Positions 1 through 12,100 of a stretch of DNA of 64,000 bases are shown in pieces (within the stretch, counting starts at the first letter, position 1; every line of letters starts with the position of its first letter). A program made the translations under genes and the position numbers. The notes beneath the pieces were generated by a model. It saw only the letters and a list, made by a program, of their open reading frames with translations. It was not told the origin of the DNA and made no database searches. The stretch is from the NCBI GenBank assembly GCA_907165135.1, contig OU015566.1, positions 14,198,001 to 14,262,000 on the forward strand, in the 5' to 3' direction. Source of the DNA: Oikopleura dioica (lineage: Eukaryota > Animalia > Chordata).

Positions 1-112
1 TATGAACAGCTTTTCTGTAAATTTGGAAAAATGAAGAAAGGGTAAGATTCTGTTTCAGTGATTTGAGGCATAAAAAGGCAGTTTGAGTCTAAGAGTCTGG
101 ATTTGGCTTCTT

Positions 113-2778
113 CTAGTGGAAGCGTCGTGGCTTTGGTGTGGCGTCTAGGTGGACTGGAGGGATGGGGATGTCGTTGAGTCTGTAGAGGCGGACGAAGACG
201 AAACGGATGTAGTGGACCAGGTTACCACCGCAGACTTTGTAGGCGAAGACGAGGATCGCGTCCATCTTGGCGGGGTCGAGGAGTCCGTGGTCTAAATCAT
301 AAGTTAGATTCTCTTTTTTTTTTAACGGGAGTTGACTTACCCAGTGCTTCCTTGAATCTTCGCTTGATTCCCTGGTAGTTGAGGAACTCCACCAGGTAAT
401 GGACGATTCGTCGTTCCTCGGCGGTGAGTGCAGCAACTGGGTCCAATCTCCAGTTTTCGGTTCCTTCTTTGATGGTCCAGCCGGCTCTGGTGTTGTACTT
501 GAACTGGCGATGGCCGGGGCTCTGGGAGTCTTTGTATTTGAGGAGTCCCTCGCTGCTGAACCAGGCTTGTCTGATTTCTTCGAAGTTTTCGATTCGGCGG
601 TTGTCAAGCATCGCTCGGACTCGTTTTTGGTTACACAGTGATTTCTTTTTTTACTTATGTTTGTGATTTTAATTAGTTAGATTTCTGTGTAACCATTCCT
701 GAGATTCTGCTCATCAGCTTTGATTCTTTCTTCGACAGGTAGTAATGGTTTCCTCTTCTGCCGGTTTCCGCGACGAGCAAGATTCCCACCTGTGGCTTCG
801 TGAGCACCTTATCTTCTTCCGCTTTGATGGCTGCTTGGCGCTTTTCTTCCGCTTCTCTGTCTCGAGCCAGGCGTCTTTCTTGAGCTTCTTGTTCTTCCTT
901 TTTCCGCTGGATTTCCTCGAAGTATTCACGGCGGATTCTCGTGTTCTCCTCCACTTGGCGTCTCATGCGGGCTCTGATGGCTTCTTTGACTCTTTCTCTG
1001 TCTTCCTGATCTTCCTTGAGCTTCTTGAGCCTGTCGACTTCTTCTTTTTGGAGTCGCCTTTGTTCTTCCGCCTCTTCTTTTTGGTGCATTCTGGCCGACG
1101 CGTTTGATTCGGATTCTTCTTCTATGTTTTCCAGCGGCTCTTTCCATCGTGCGGCGATTCTGAGTCGTCTTTCTTCCGCTGCTTTTTCTTCCTCCGCTGA
1201 CTCGAAGAGTGTATCCGTTCTTCGGCTCCAGTCTTGCTGGTTGTCCTGGCTTTGTGGCTCTGGGAATCCCGCGGTGGCTTCGGCTCCTTCGTCTTCTGAG
1301 TCTTCCAGGACTTCTTCGTCTGAGGAAAAGCCGTCTTCAGGGGAGTCCGCTGGATGGCCGTGGCTCGCCGAAGGCATCAGCTGGGATGGGTCTTTTAGTG
1401 GAGTCTCGATTTGTCCCGTTACTAATTAGATTCCTTTTTTTTTTAGATTTCTCTAAGACTCTTTCCTGAGCGTGCGTTGTATGAGTCTTCAAAGAAGTCT
1501 GGGCCGGAGTCAATGCTTGCTCGCTCGTTGTTGTTCGAGTCGTCTGATGGCAGTGGCAGTTGAGTTTGAGTCGAGTTGGTTGAGGTTTGAGTCTCTGTCT
1601 GCATCGAGGAATCTGTTGATTCTGAATTGAGACTGAAAAGGTGTCTAAAATTAAGGTTTTCTTTTAGCCCTTATTTATCCTGGATTTTTGAGATCAGGAC
1701 TGATTCTATCTTTTGAATTAGTTAGTGTGAGTCAGTTTTCTTGGCTCAGAGATTTTCCCACGCTAGCTTGCGTGGTTTAGTTTTATGGCGTTCTTTTTTT
1801 TTGAGAGTTTTTAGTTTTGAATATCTAAAATTACTAAGGACTCAATTCGAGATTCTTTTCAGCCCGTTCCTTGATAGGTTTGAGTTTCCTGGCATTTGGC
1901 TCGTTGAGCTTCGACCGGGTGAGTCTGTGTTGTTCCGTCTCGACGAGAAGTCCAGCCGATGGTTCTTGAGTCGCGTCTTGCCAGCGTGGCTGCGATGTCT
2001 TTGGGGACTCCATCTTTGACGTATTCGCTTCGTCGAGTCCTCTTCCAATCGCGAAGTTCCTCCTTGGGGAGTCGATCTTCTCGGAACAGAAAGTCCGCTC
2101 TTGACTTTTGGAAGGGTTTTTTCTACTCATTTTTTTTTGAATGTAAGATTCTCGATTTTGACCCTTTTCCTTGAGAGCTGAGACTCGTTCTTGATATGCT
2201 GGGAGTCTTGCTTCTGGAATCTCGAGAGACTCATCGATGTAGACGATGTTGAGGAGCGGATGGACATCGATGGCAGCTTTCGCTGCGTTGAGGCATCCAT
2301 AGAACAGGCTCTGGTTCGACTGGGCTCGGTCGTCTTCGGCGATTTTCGCATTTTCTTCGCGCACAAGCTCGGAGAGGACTCGGGAGACCGTGTTGATTGA
2401 GCCTTGCCAGCTGTCGAGCGACATTTGGACGTTGGGATTCGTGAAATCTTATGTGTGGGTCGTTATGGCTAGGTTTTTCTATTTGATTCTTTTTGTTTTG
2501 AAGAGTTTTTACTTTTTATATTAAATAAGACCCATTCCTTGGACCATCTGCTCAAGCAGGTCTTTGAATCTGTCGCCAATCCTGAGACGGAGTCGGATGA
2601 GCATTCGTCCTTTTGATTCCTGAGGGTATTGAGTCACTGGGTCTTTCTTGATCGCCGATTTCCTCTCTCTCCAGAAGTCTGGCTGGTCGATCGGGTCTCT
2701 GATGATTCCAGCTTCTTCTCTGAGTCTTTCGAGCTCTTTGGCATCGGGATTCTGGGCGTTTATTGCGTCTTTAGTCAT
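113..2778 (-). CDS. Orphan multi-exon gene(s): acidic/low-complexity region, long E/K/R coiled coil, C-terminal helical domain (possibly BEN-like)
   Basis: GT-AG introns join the listed ORFs in frame: 2531-2448 (84 nt), 1459-1422 (38 nt), 693-645 (49 nt) and 340-292 (49 nt, GTAAGT donor). A candidate 40-nt intron lies at 2162-2123. The link across ~1850-1650 is unresolved, so this may be two genes. Confidence 0.55.
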
Positions 2779-3568
2779 TTTGAGTCTGAATTTTGATTCT
2801 TGTTAGCCACGAATATTTTAATTTTAAGATTTGGCTGGGTTTTTGAGAGAGCGCAAAGGAAAAATTCTTTTTTTTTGAAAGGAAAAGATTTTCCCTTATT
2901 TGAGAGAAAGAATAAAATTAAAAAAGGAATCTGTTTTTCAGAATCGGAAAAAACACAGATTGACTCTAGAATTTTGTGCGTCCTGGGCGTTTGAAGCTTC
3001 TGTGTCGAAGATGTTTCTCTTTAGAAGGATTCCAGGGTGATTCTCTCTTTTTTTAGAAAAATTTGATTCAATTTGGCCGTCTCTGTTATGAGTGCTGGAT
3101 TATCCTTGGCTTTCCAGGTTCTCCGCCAATCAGCGCGCTGCGTCTCGTGAGTCAATTTTCACTTTCCCACGGTCTCAAAATTGGATTCTTTTGGTTTTTG
3201 GCTTGGATTTCTTTAACATTTTGAGTCCGTTTCCTGATTCTGAAGCTTTCTGATTCTCTTTTGATGGGTATCGCTGTGAAGTTTTGCGCGTTTTGGGAAG
3301 AAGTGGATTTCTTTTACAAGACTCTCTTTTTGATTCTAATTATCCTGTATTATGTGTTATGGGATTCATTTCTGGCTGAGAATCTTCATATTTGACGAGT
3401 CTTTTCCTGTTTTGAAGGTTTTTGAACAGTTGACAGCAGTGTGAGAATTTTGAGATGAGTTTTGAGTCTTTTCCAGGCTCGGGGATTTCAAGTTCGGTCC
3501 GTTTTTACGGCCTACGTTCGAGCCTTTTCCTAATAGAGTCTAGAAGCGGATTCAGATTTCTATTTCTC

Positions 3569-6500
3569 CTAGTTATTCTCTCGGGTTTTGGTCATATTCA
3601 TTCGTGCGAATCTTTCCTCGATGGTCTGGAGGTTCTGAGTCCAAGTGTTTGGGAAGAGATTCTCGGCTCCGGCAGTTGCTCCCTCGTCCATGTTTAGATT
3701 CTCCGCCGCTTTGATTCCGTCTAAGAGGATGTCTCTGAAGTGAGTCGTGAATGGAGCATTCTGGGACAAATCGTGGGACTTGTCTGTGACGTTTTCCCAG
3801 GTTGTTCTGTTAGCCCTGAGTCTGAGCTTGTCTATTTTTGAGACAGCTCGATTTCTAGAGTCGAGGCCGTTGCAGCATCTGGCCATCATTTCCGCCACCC
3901 TAGGGTGTGCCCAGCATGGGGTGAATCTGGATTCATAGCCGCAATCGCAAGCGATTTGAAAAACTTCCCAAAGGCCCGAAAATCTTGGGTTTTTGTCTCC
4001 TCGAAGCTTTTGGTGAAAATCCTTCATCAGGCCTTGGGTGACGAATTTGACGTACGGGGCGGACCAAGTGCTGAGGGCTCTTTCTAGGGCTTTGGCATCT
4101 TCTTGGGCTGGGAGGACCAGAACAGTGTCCTTTTGGAATGTCTGTTCCTTGATGAGTCTCGCCACTTCCGACCAGCTGTCTCCAGATTCGCTTGCGATGG
4201 ATTTAGCGAGTTCTTGGAGGTGTAGATTCTTCGGGGCCGTGGTGTTTCCAACTACGAAAGCATCGAATTTGCCTCCGCATCTTTCCAGACCCGCGTGATA
4301 GATGACAATTCCCGCTGCTTCTGGTCTTTCGAATCTTGGTCTTTCTATGACTCCGCCGAGTTTTTTGAGTCCTTTGGCAATGTTCGACGTTGTGTCGTTT
4401 TCTCCCTGGAAAAGGACTGCCGTAGATTTCCAGGCCTCAAGAATCGAGTCAAAACCTTCCACCGCTGTGTTTTGGATTCTCCCGATGAGTTCTTCGTCGG
4501 CGTCTTTCAGCGTTGTTGTCTTGAATGTTTCTGAGAGCTTCAGAAAGGTTTGCTGCCATTCTTCGCTGTCGATAGCCATTCTGGTGTGTTCTTGGGTGGG
4601 CTTGATTAGGCCAAAGCCGTTTCTTTCTTGGCAATTTGGTGAGCAGTTTTGCTGTCGGGCTTCTTTCAGTTCTCGGAATCCTTGGTGTGTTTTGCACCAA
4701 GTTGAATCTGCCTCGGCTTCTCCGCACATTGGCCATTCGCAAGATCTTTCGCGCTTCTCGGGGCGTGAATGGAGGAATCTGAGTCTCGTGACTCCTGTGA
4801 CTTCTTCTCTTTTTCGCATCCAAGTGCTGATGAAGCTGTCGAGGGTTTTGTCCGGGCTGAATCTTTTCCCGTTTGCCCAATTCCAGCCGGTTGTTAAGAT
4901 TCCCAAATTGTGTTCGACTGATCGTAAATGGGAGTGGGCTTTGGAGTCTTTGACGACTTTGGCGATGATTTCGAGGATGATTTTCTGAGTTCGGAAGGGT
5001 CGGTTGATTCCGACTATGCAGGCTCCGGAGGCGTAATAATTTCTGGTTGGTTTCTGGAACGCCGCGATGCATTTTTGACGTTTTGAGTCGTCCACGGCTC
5101 CGAGGCCAGCTTCTCAAGCGCTTCAGATTCTAGTGGTACCAGTGCTGGGTGGGCTGCCACTGAGAGTAGGGATCTTTCTCTGAGATGCTCAGAGTCCTCG
5201 CCGTAATTAAAGACCCATAATTGGGGGACCACTTTGTAGGGGATCCAGAGAATCCAGTTGGAGTTTCCTTTGCCGACTTCTTTGATTCTGACCGTCGTGT
5301 TAATTGGATTAACCTTCTTTGCTGCTAATTCTAGCCACTTTTTCAGCGAATTGGAGTCTTTCAGTTCTTTCCAGTCCGTGTGCCACTGTGTGGGCATTTC
5401 TTTGCAGCTTCCGTCTTGTCCGATGACGGAGTCTTGGGCGAGTTGCTTGTGCACCAAATGAAGCAGCAATGGCGTAAGAATCTTAGTCAGCGGCGTCGGG
5501 TTCGGCGTCGCAGAGTCTACTGAGGCATATTCACCGATCACATCGATGATCCATGCATTTGCATTTGTTGGTCCCTTCCTTGCCCACTGGGTGTCTCTGT
5601 CTTCTTTGAGCTCCAGCCAGGCGTTTCTCTGGTGGCAAATTTCGTGCCAGTCACTGTGAATCGATTTCAGCATTTTGAGTGAGTCCAGGAGCTCCTGCGG
5701 CTTCATGAAAGCGTCTGGTCTTGGCATCGAGTCGAAGATCGTTTCGAGGCCCTTTTTTATGAGTCTTCGGAGCCAGTTTTCGTCAGTGAAGCTTGGTCTT
5801 TCGTAGTTCGCTTGAGTCCTGACTTTACTTTCCCTGATCACTCGGAGGCAGACGTGGTGCCAGAAACCTTCATCTAGAATGTCTTGATTCTCGGAGCCTT
5901 CCCATTCGCAAAACCAGTCTTGGCCGTTGATTTTTTCCCAGTTCTTTAGTTCTTCCAGGATACTGAACGGAAAGAGTCTGCCCTTTTCTTCTGATTTTTG
6001 AAGGTTCGGAGCCGGGTGGGAGTCTGAATTTCGGGCCACGATTCTGAGCGGGCCTTTAGTGCTTCCTGTCTTTAGCGCTTCTAAAAGGCTGAAGATGGTT
6101 TCGTGGTCGTCCAGTTTGACGCTAGGAGCGTCGTTTGTTCCCAACGATTCTTGCTTCAACAACTTCGTGGGACTCTCCGATGGCTTGAACGGGTATGGCT
6201 TGGATTCCAGTAGCCAAGAGTCTGGGCGGTCATTCTCCGCTTCTGCAATTTCTTCCATTATAATGGAGAGGATGAAGGCGGGTTCGTTGCTTTGGTGGGC
6301 TATCCAGAGTGACTCTTTCCCTGATGGTGCCGTAAATATGATTTGGGCCCAAGAGGAGAGTTCTGAGAAGTTGAATCTCGCCTTTGAAGGAGTTTGGCGA
6401 TCGAAAACCAATCTGTGATTGGATAGAGGCTCGTTCGCATCCGCAGGGACGTAGAGTCTTAAGAGCCTAGGTGCTATTTTCGGAGTCGCCATTGCCGTAC

Positions 6501-6781
6501 GGGAGAGTCTTTTCCAGTTTATCTGGCTCATGAGCAGAAGGGTGTTTCTTTGAGAGGATCAAAAAAAAAAAATTCTAAGAATGGGGAAAAGATTCTTCCT
6601 TCTGGGCTAGCCGAGGGATTCTGAGGTTTTTCTTTTGAGATCCTTTCCTGGAAATATCCTCGTCGAGGGTTTGGATTCTTCTTTGAGAGTTTTCAATTGG
6701 GCGTGTAGGATCTGAGTCCAAAGCCACTCCCCATTTGGGGCCGAATTCCTCCGCTGCCTTAACGAAGGCTTCTTCGATCAT
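3569..6781 (-). CDS. Large orphan protein (~1000 aa if joined) with C-x4-C-x9-C-x2-H finger, DEDD 3'-5' exonuclease-like region and CxC-x8-C-x2-H motif
   Basis: ORFs 5014-6531 (505 aa) and 3569-5095 (508 aa) overlap with a -1 offset, and the second has no ATG near its start. Motifs: CEWPMCGEAEADSTWCKTH, MAIDSE (ExoI-like), IVIYHAGLER (ExoII-like), LPAQEDAKAL (ExoIII-like), CDCGYESRFTPCWAH. ORF 6575-6781 may be an upstream exon (T-rich acceptor at ~6550). Confidence 0.5.
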
Positions 6782-7517
6782 GTCTGAAGAAGAGGAGTAA
6801 ATAGTGAGTCCCGCTGAACTGGGGAAGAAGAATTCCGAACTTCTTTAAGGAAAGATTCTCTTTTTCTTTCTCTTTTTTTTTTTGATTCCTTCAGAGTAGC
6901 CTGAGAGCTGATTGGCTCGGCTTGGCGCACCGGTGTGGCCGCTAATGGAGGAAGCTTGAGCCTTAGACGCACTGCGTGAGGCTGAAGAGGTTTATAGTCC
7001 TGGGACTGGTGAAATAAGCGGTAGCATCGATTGATGGTCTACCTAGAGTCTTTTGATTCAGCTAGGAGTCTTATTGGTAATGCTTCTGCTGAGAAAAAGC
7101 CTCTATTTTAAATTTCTCGATTTAGGTTTTAGCTGCAGGCTAAGAACCTTTAGAGTGAACCTGCGTGATTCCGGTGCACCCGCTCGAAACCAGGTGCTCT
7201 CGGGCGCCTTTGTCACCTTTTGCTGCGTCCTGGGAGTCCCTGCCATTGGTTACTAGGCTCTCCTGCCGCGTTCTATTTCTAGCGGGCTGCTAATCCCTTT
7301 GTCCTAGATTCGATGAAAATTGTCATAAAAGAAGTTGCGAAAGCTGCGAAACGCTTTTGGGACTGGGCCTGTTCTTTCTCTTCTAACACTCCTGCTTGCT
7401 AAAAACATTATTTCACGTCCAGATCTATGCACATCTCTGATCTCGAAGTTAAATATAGAACAAAAAAATGAAGTGAGTTTTTTATTTACAGATCTGAACA
7501 AGAAGCAGCTTTTGAAA

Positions 7518-8305
7518 TCAAATTTCGCCGGCAGCAATAAGGCACGTAATCAAGCAATCATCTGAGATTGACTGGATGTAATTGACGATAGATCCACAGG
7601 GGGATTGAGTGCTGTACTCCAGGCTACCGCCCATTGCGCGAATTTCCTCGATGCTGCAGCTAAGGTCGTCTTCTTTCTTCTTGTCGAATCTAATTTTTCT
7701 GTCCACGGTGCCCTCCACGTCGTCGAGGCAGAGACTGAGCAAAAAAACAGTTACTTATGAAAAGTTAAAAAATAGAATGGCGGGAATATTTTGCTCATAA
7801 ACGAACAATTGTCGCTCCCAAAATAAATTCGAGGAGAGAGAAGTTGTGGTGATAACATGTTCGACTAAAATCGATAATTGATCGTGCTCTTGTAATTTAC
7901 TGCAGTTCATCGAAATTAAAAAAAGTTTCCCAAGTCTTTTCCAAAAAAATACTATTTCGACGGAATTCCATAATATACGTTTTTTGCTATCAAAACTATA
8001 GACGGTAGAATTGCCGCTCTGATGTAAAATTATAATTAATTGAATAAACCTTTCAAAATAACTTCAAAATAACGGGTCTATCTAAAACCAATGCTCCGAA
8101 AACTGTCGAAAAATTTACTCATCGATTCAACTTTGTTTCTCTTTGAACTTTACCTTATCGTCGTTTGCTTGTCCTCGTTAAAATCCTGTGCAATTGACCA
8201 TAAAGCAATATTTTCAACAGTTCTTCTGACAGCATTCTTCAAATTATCTCTCGAGTCCCCATCGGCCCCGGAAAGAGCCAACGCAAAAAATAATGGTAAT
8301 TTCAT
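7518..8305 (-). CDS. Hypothetical small secreted protein
   Basis: ATG at 8305 gives signal-peptide-like MKLPLFFALALSGADG followed by a GTAAAG donor. A Cys-containing exon-like ORF lies at 7518-7742. Internal exons are unresolved. Confidence 0.35.
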
Positions 8306-9128
8306 ATCTCTAAATATTCCATTCAGATCTTTCAAAAAAGAGTAGAAAACGAGAGTTCCGAGCGCAAAAACGGCGCTCAGCGCGCGGTGCTTTGGCGCTA
8401 GTGAGCTGCGACTGGGACTTTTCACGAGCTAGAATTTCGGAGCTAGAATTTAATGTTTCTAAAGAGCTTTTTTGATAGATCGATCAATTTAAGCTTCAGT
8501 TAAAAATGCCCTTGAATATTCCGTTTTGACATTTCGATTTTCATTCAAATTTTCAACTCTTAGATTTGATGAATCTTATCTTCTCCCCCGGAGATACGTT
8601 GAAAGGAAACTTGTCTTATCTTCCCCGCATTCTTACTCCCATTTCTGAGGTATAATTACTCCCAAAAGTGCACTAGAACGAAATTTGAGAAAATCAGTAA
8701 ACACACTCCGAACTCTTTATTTTTCTTTCGCCCTCTTCCTCGAACCGATTCGTGAAGCTTAAGAGGTTTAGCTCTGCGAAAACTCTCCGGGGCCTCTCAG
8801 CTGCACTCGTGCCGGATCTTAGAATCCTCTTCTCGCTAGAAAAAAGAGCTGCGAAATTAAACTTGCTCAACCTGCGCATTGCTCACAACCCACAAGCTGA
8901 TGTTAACGACGCTTCATGATATAATTAAGGCCCTTTTCTGCCATTTGAAATTTCTCATGGTTTTTAAATGCAAAATCGAGTTAATTTCAGAGCAGCTGAA
9001 AGATTGTTAATCCAATCTTAGATGCTTCGAGCGAGCAAAAAAGTACGTATCCGTCGTGTTTTTATTTTGGTCCGAAGTGTGTTTGAAGTGAGGTCAAAAA
9101 GAAACAGTGAAAAAGGGCTTGGCAAATC

Positions 9129-12100
9129 TCAGATCATCCCGAAGCCTTTGGCGTTTTCCATCGCTTTGAAGAGTTTGGTTTTTAACTTTTCTCGGTCCGA
9201 GTAGGCAGGAAGCAGAAGAATATTGAAACATGTATGGGCTGAAAACAAAAGCAAGTTAGAAATGTTTAAAACAGAATATCTACAGCGCATAAATCAAACA
9301 AACCACAAACGCGGTTAAAAAGAGGGGGTAGCAAACTACTCAAAATTCAAGAGCTAACTATTTAGTCGATCTTGTATTTAGCGCGATTTAGCATGTTTAA
9401 CATGGTCAATCAGGAGAATGAATTTTTGAAAATTTTGAACTGCTCTGCCCTTTCTTTGATTTGCGGAATGTTAAGTGATACCTGTGGGTAGTCGATCAGA
9501 ATCCGGCCCTGACCGTTGAATTTTCGTTTTCAATCTGGCCAGACCGCCAACTGGCACTTTGTCTGATCCGGTATAAAATTCCAATAGCTTGCGTCGCTCT
9601 CCCTCGTCCATTTCGTCAAACACCGACCAGAACTAAAAGCGATTCAACAGCCGTTCCAATCAGACCCCGATTTACCGCTTTAATGCTCTCGTGAGCCGCT
9701 GAAAATCCTCCATCATAAGTGCATGTTCGTTTAAGCTCATCCCAATCGTAATCCCGTTGGCCAATGACAATCGCTTCCAACTCTTCTGGACGGAAAAGCG
9801 CACGTAGGGGCGAACGCTGAGTCACGAGGAAAAACCCTTTTCGGAACGCATTGAACTAAGTAAACTTCATTTCCATGAGTGAAACGAGGGCGCTTACAGA
9901 TTTATCGATGCTCTTGTTCAGTAAAAAGTCCGCGTAGAGTTCAACAAACTCAAACTTGTTCAATCCATCCACGTCTCGTTCCCGTCCATTTTTGCACAAA
10001 TCAAACTCGACTGGCTCGCCGAACATATCTTTCAACGTGACAGAAAATGTCAAACACATACTTTCCACTGTATCCTAAAACCAACAGTGTTTATCGTCTA
10101 AACCCTCAGTCCCTACCTTATCAGCTTCGAGCAGTTGAGTTAAATTTCGGTACACATCGGGGTGGGCAAATTCCAAATCTTGGAACTCGCCCTTGCCGCC
10201 AAGGAGCTTTTTGAAAATGCACGTTGAAAGGTTGATGTCCAAATTGATGCTGTTGTAAATTGCCAAGCCTGAAACCGCTTTTTTAGACAACGCCGGGGTC
10301 AATTATTAAATCGGGCTAAATCATTTTTTGACCTACCTAAGAGCATGCCAAGAAGAAGATATTCTTTCTCCGTGTCCTGAAATTGCACAGGATTGAACTG
10401 GTGGTAGCCCGTGTCCTCGTTGTACTGGAACATGCCATAATCCGGTTTGAGTATTTCGCCCAACAACAACGTGAAGAACTCTTGACAAATCAAATTAGTA
10501 AAACTAGATGGTTAATGTTTTCAGTCGAACCTTTGCTGACTCCTCCTTCGTCGATTCCTTGTTCGCCATCGAACTGGACCACAAACTGCTTCTGCAGCGC
10601 TGCTGGGTCATCTTGAATCACCATTTCCAGCTGCAAAAGTGTGTCTTGGATGATATTGTTTCGGGAGACGTTTATGATCAAAAAAGGCAGCTCTCTCATC
10701 GCTCCAAGAAATTCGACGTTTCTCCTGATCATGACTTGTTTCTCCCTCGAGTCGTAAAACAAAAAGCTCGTCTTTCGCTCCGTATTCAGCATAAAGGGAT
10801 GATGGAAGAATGAAAAACGAGTGTCGTCCTCTTCTGCTTCGTCGAAAAGTCCGTCTGGATACCTCAGATTGATGAAATCCCTTTCGACTCGCAGCGCTAG
10901 AATACTGGATTAGAACGCGCGACATGTAAATTCACTTTGAAAATTTGCACTTTTCGGAAATTCCGTGTGCGGGAGAATTCAGCAAGCAAGATGCCATCCT
11001 GGCTAAGAAGTGAGAAGGTGAATTTGTTCGTACCATTATTGATGACTTCATTGACAAACTCAGAGTAAGGTATTTTCGGGCGATTCACGCTGATCCAATT
11101 TACGCCGAGTTTCTTGCACAGCGGATCGGTCATTGTCCCGCCAGAAGCGACTTGATTCAGCAAGTTGCTCCGCAGAAGTTCGTCAATAACGCGTTCATCC
11201 TCTGTTTGCTCATTTAGACCTCCGTTGTTTCTGTTTTCAGCTGCTTCTGCTGCAGGAGCATCCACATCCATCTCATTATTTTCAGTTTGCTCCTGACTTG
11301 ACGATGAATTGACGATGTCGAGGTTGGATTGGAGATTTGCTTTCCAGTCAAGCATTGGCTCCGGGTCCACTGACGCGGTTTTGATTATATCGAATAAGAA
11401 ATCCGCGTAATTCGGTATTAAAATATATGGCGCAACTCCAATCCGGGATGACGCCCAGTGGTTGGAAAAAGTCATGTTTTGGAAAGAAGTGATTTGAATA
11501 ATCTTACTCGAGGAATTTTAATCTAATCAATTAAAATGTTGTTACTCCAAAGCTTTCAGTCTATGTGGCTGTGGTGGAAACATAACTTTATTTAATTAAT
11601 GAAGCTTCTCCCTTTCGACATAATTTATGAATATGTGGATCTTCAGAACAGAACAAAACCGTTCCTAGCGCTGCTAGAAATAGGTACCTCATGGTACGCA
11701 CGTAGCTAATGATCTTGGCGTCCTTGTGCACGTCTCGATCCGTGTCAATCTCGACGCATCTGAAAAGCGTAATTACGACCACTAGCTGCTGGTAGGTCAT
11801 CGTAATCTAATTTGAAACCTCTGCGTCTCTGTCATTAAGGGGGTAGAACTAGGATTTTTGAAAATAGGCAATTCTAGACCGGCGCTCAAAGCTAAACAAG
11901 CTTAGATATTCTTATTCTCTCTTCGGCTGAAGATAAAGCAAACCTAGATCTAACAACATTTTTCTTAAAAATTTTTTTCGTCAACAGATTTCCGCGGTAG
12001 AGAGCCAAACGTCCACCCATCCCTTCAAAAATCGCGATTTTAGCCCATTCGCGTCCTCAAATTTCTCGAGTCACGTGACTAGCCAAATTTTTTAAATTTC

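Larger units (their letters stand above)
1..7310 (-). mobile_element. GANTC-rich orphan gene block (unclassified element or foreign-derived segment; left end probably outside the window)
   Basis: Hand counts of GANTC: 18 (1-1020), 24 (1441-2460), 18 (5041-6060), 6 in 7021-7320, then 1 in 7321-7800. Host genes gave about 3-9 per kb. All long ORFs are on the minus strand with an A-rich sense strand and no recognisable host homologs. No RT, integrase, transposase or terminal repeat was seen. Confidence 0.4.

Noticed and set aside
113-2778. Intronless viral-type ORF array with a +1 frameshift at the A10 run (~315)
   Set aside because: A canonical 49-nt GTAAGT...AG intron (340-292) and three others restore the frames, so these are spliced genes.
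3121-3135. CCAAT boxes at ~3125 and ~6910 as element promoters
   Set aside because: Both lie in open, protein-like minus-strand frames (for example QRADWRRTWK), so they are probably coding coincidences.
7160-7215. tRNA/SINE-like B-box at the right edge of the GANTC block
   Set aside because: Imperfect box, no A-box and no cloverleaf.
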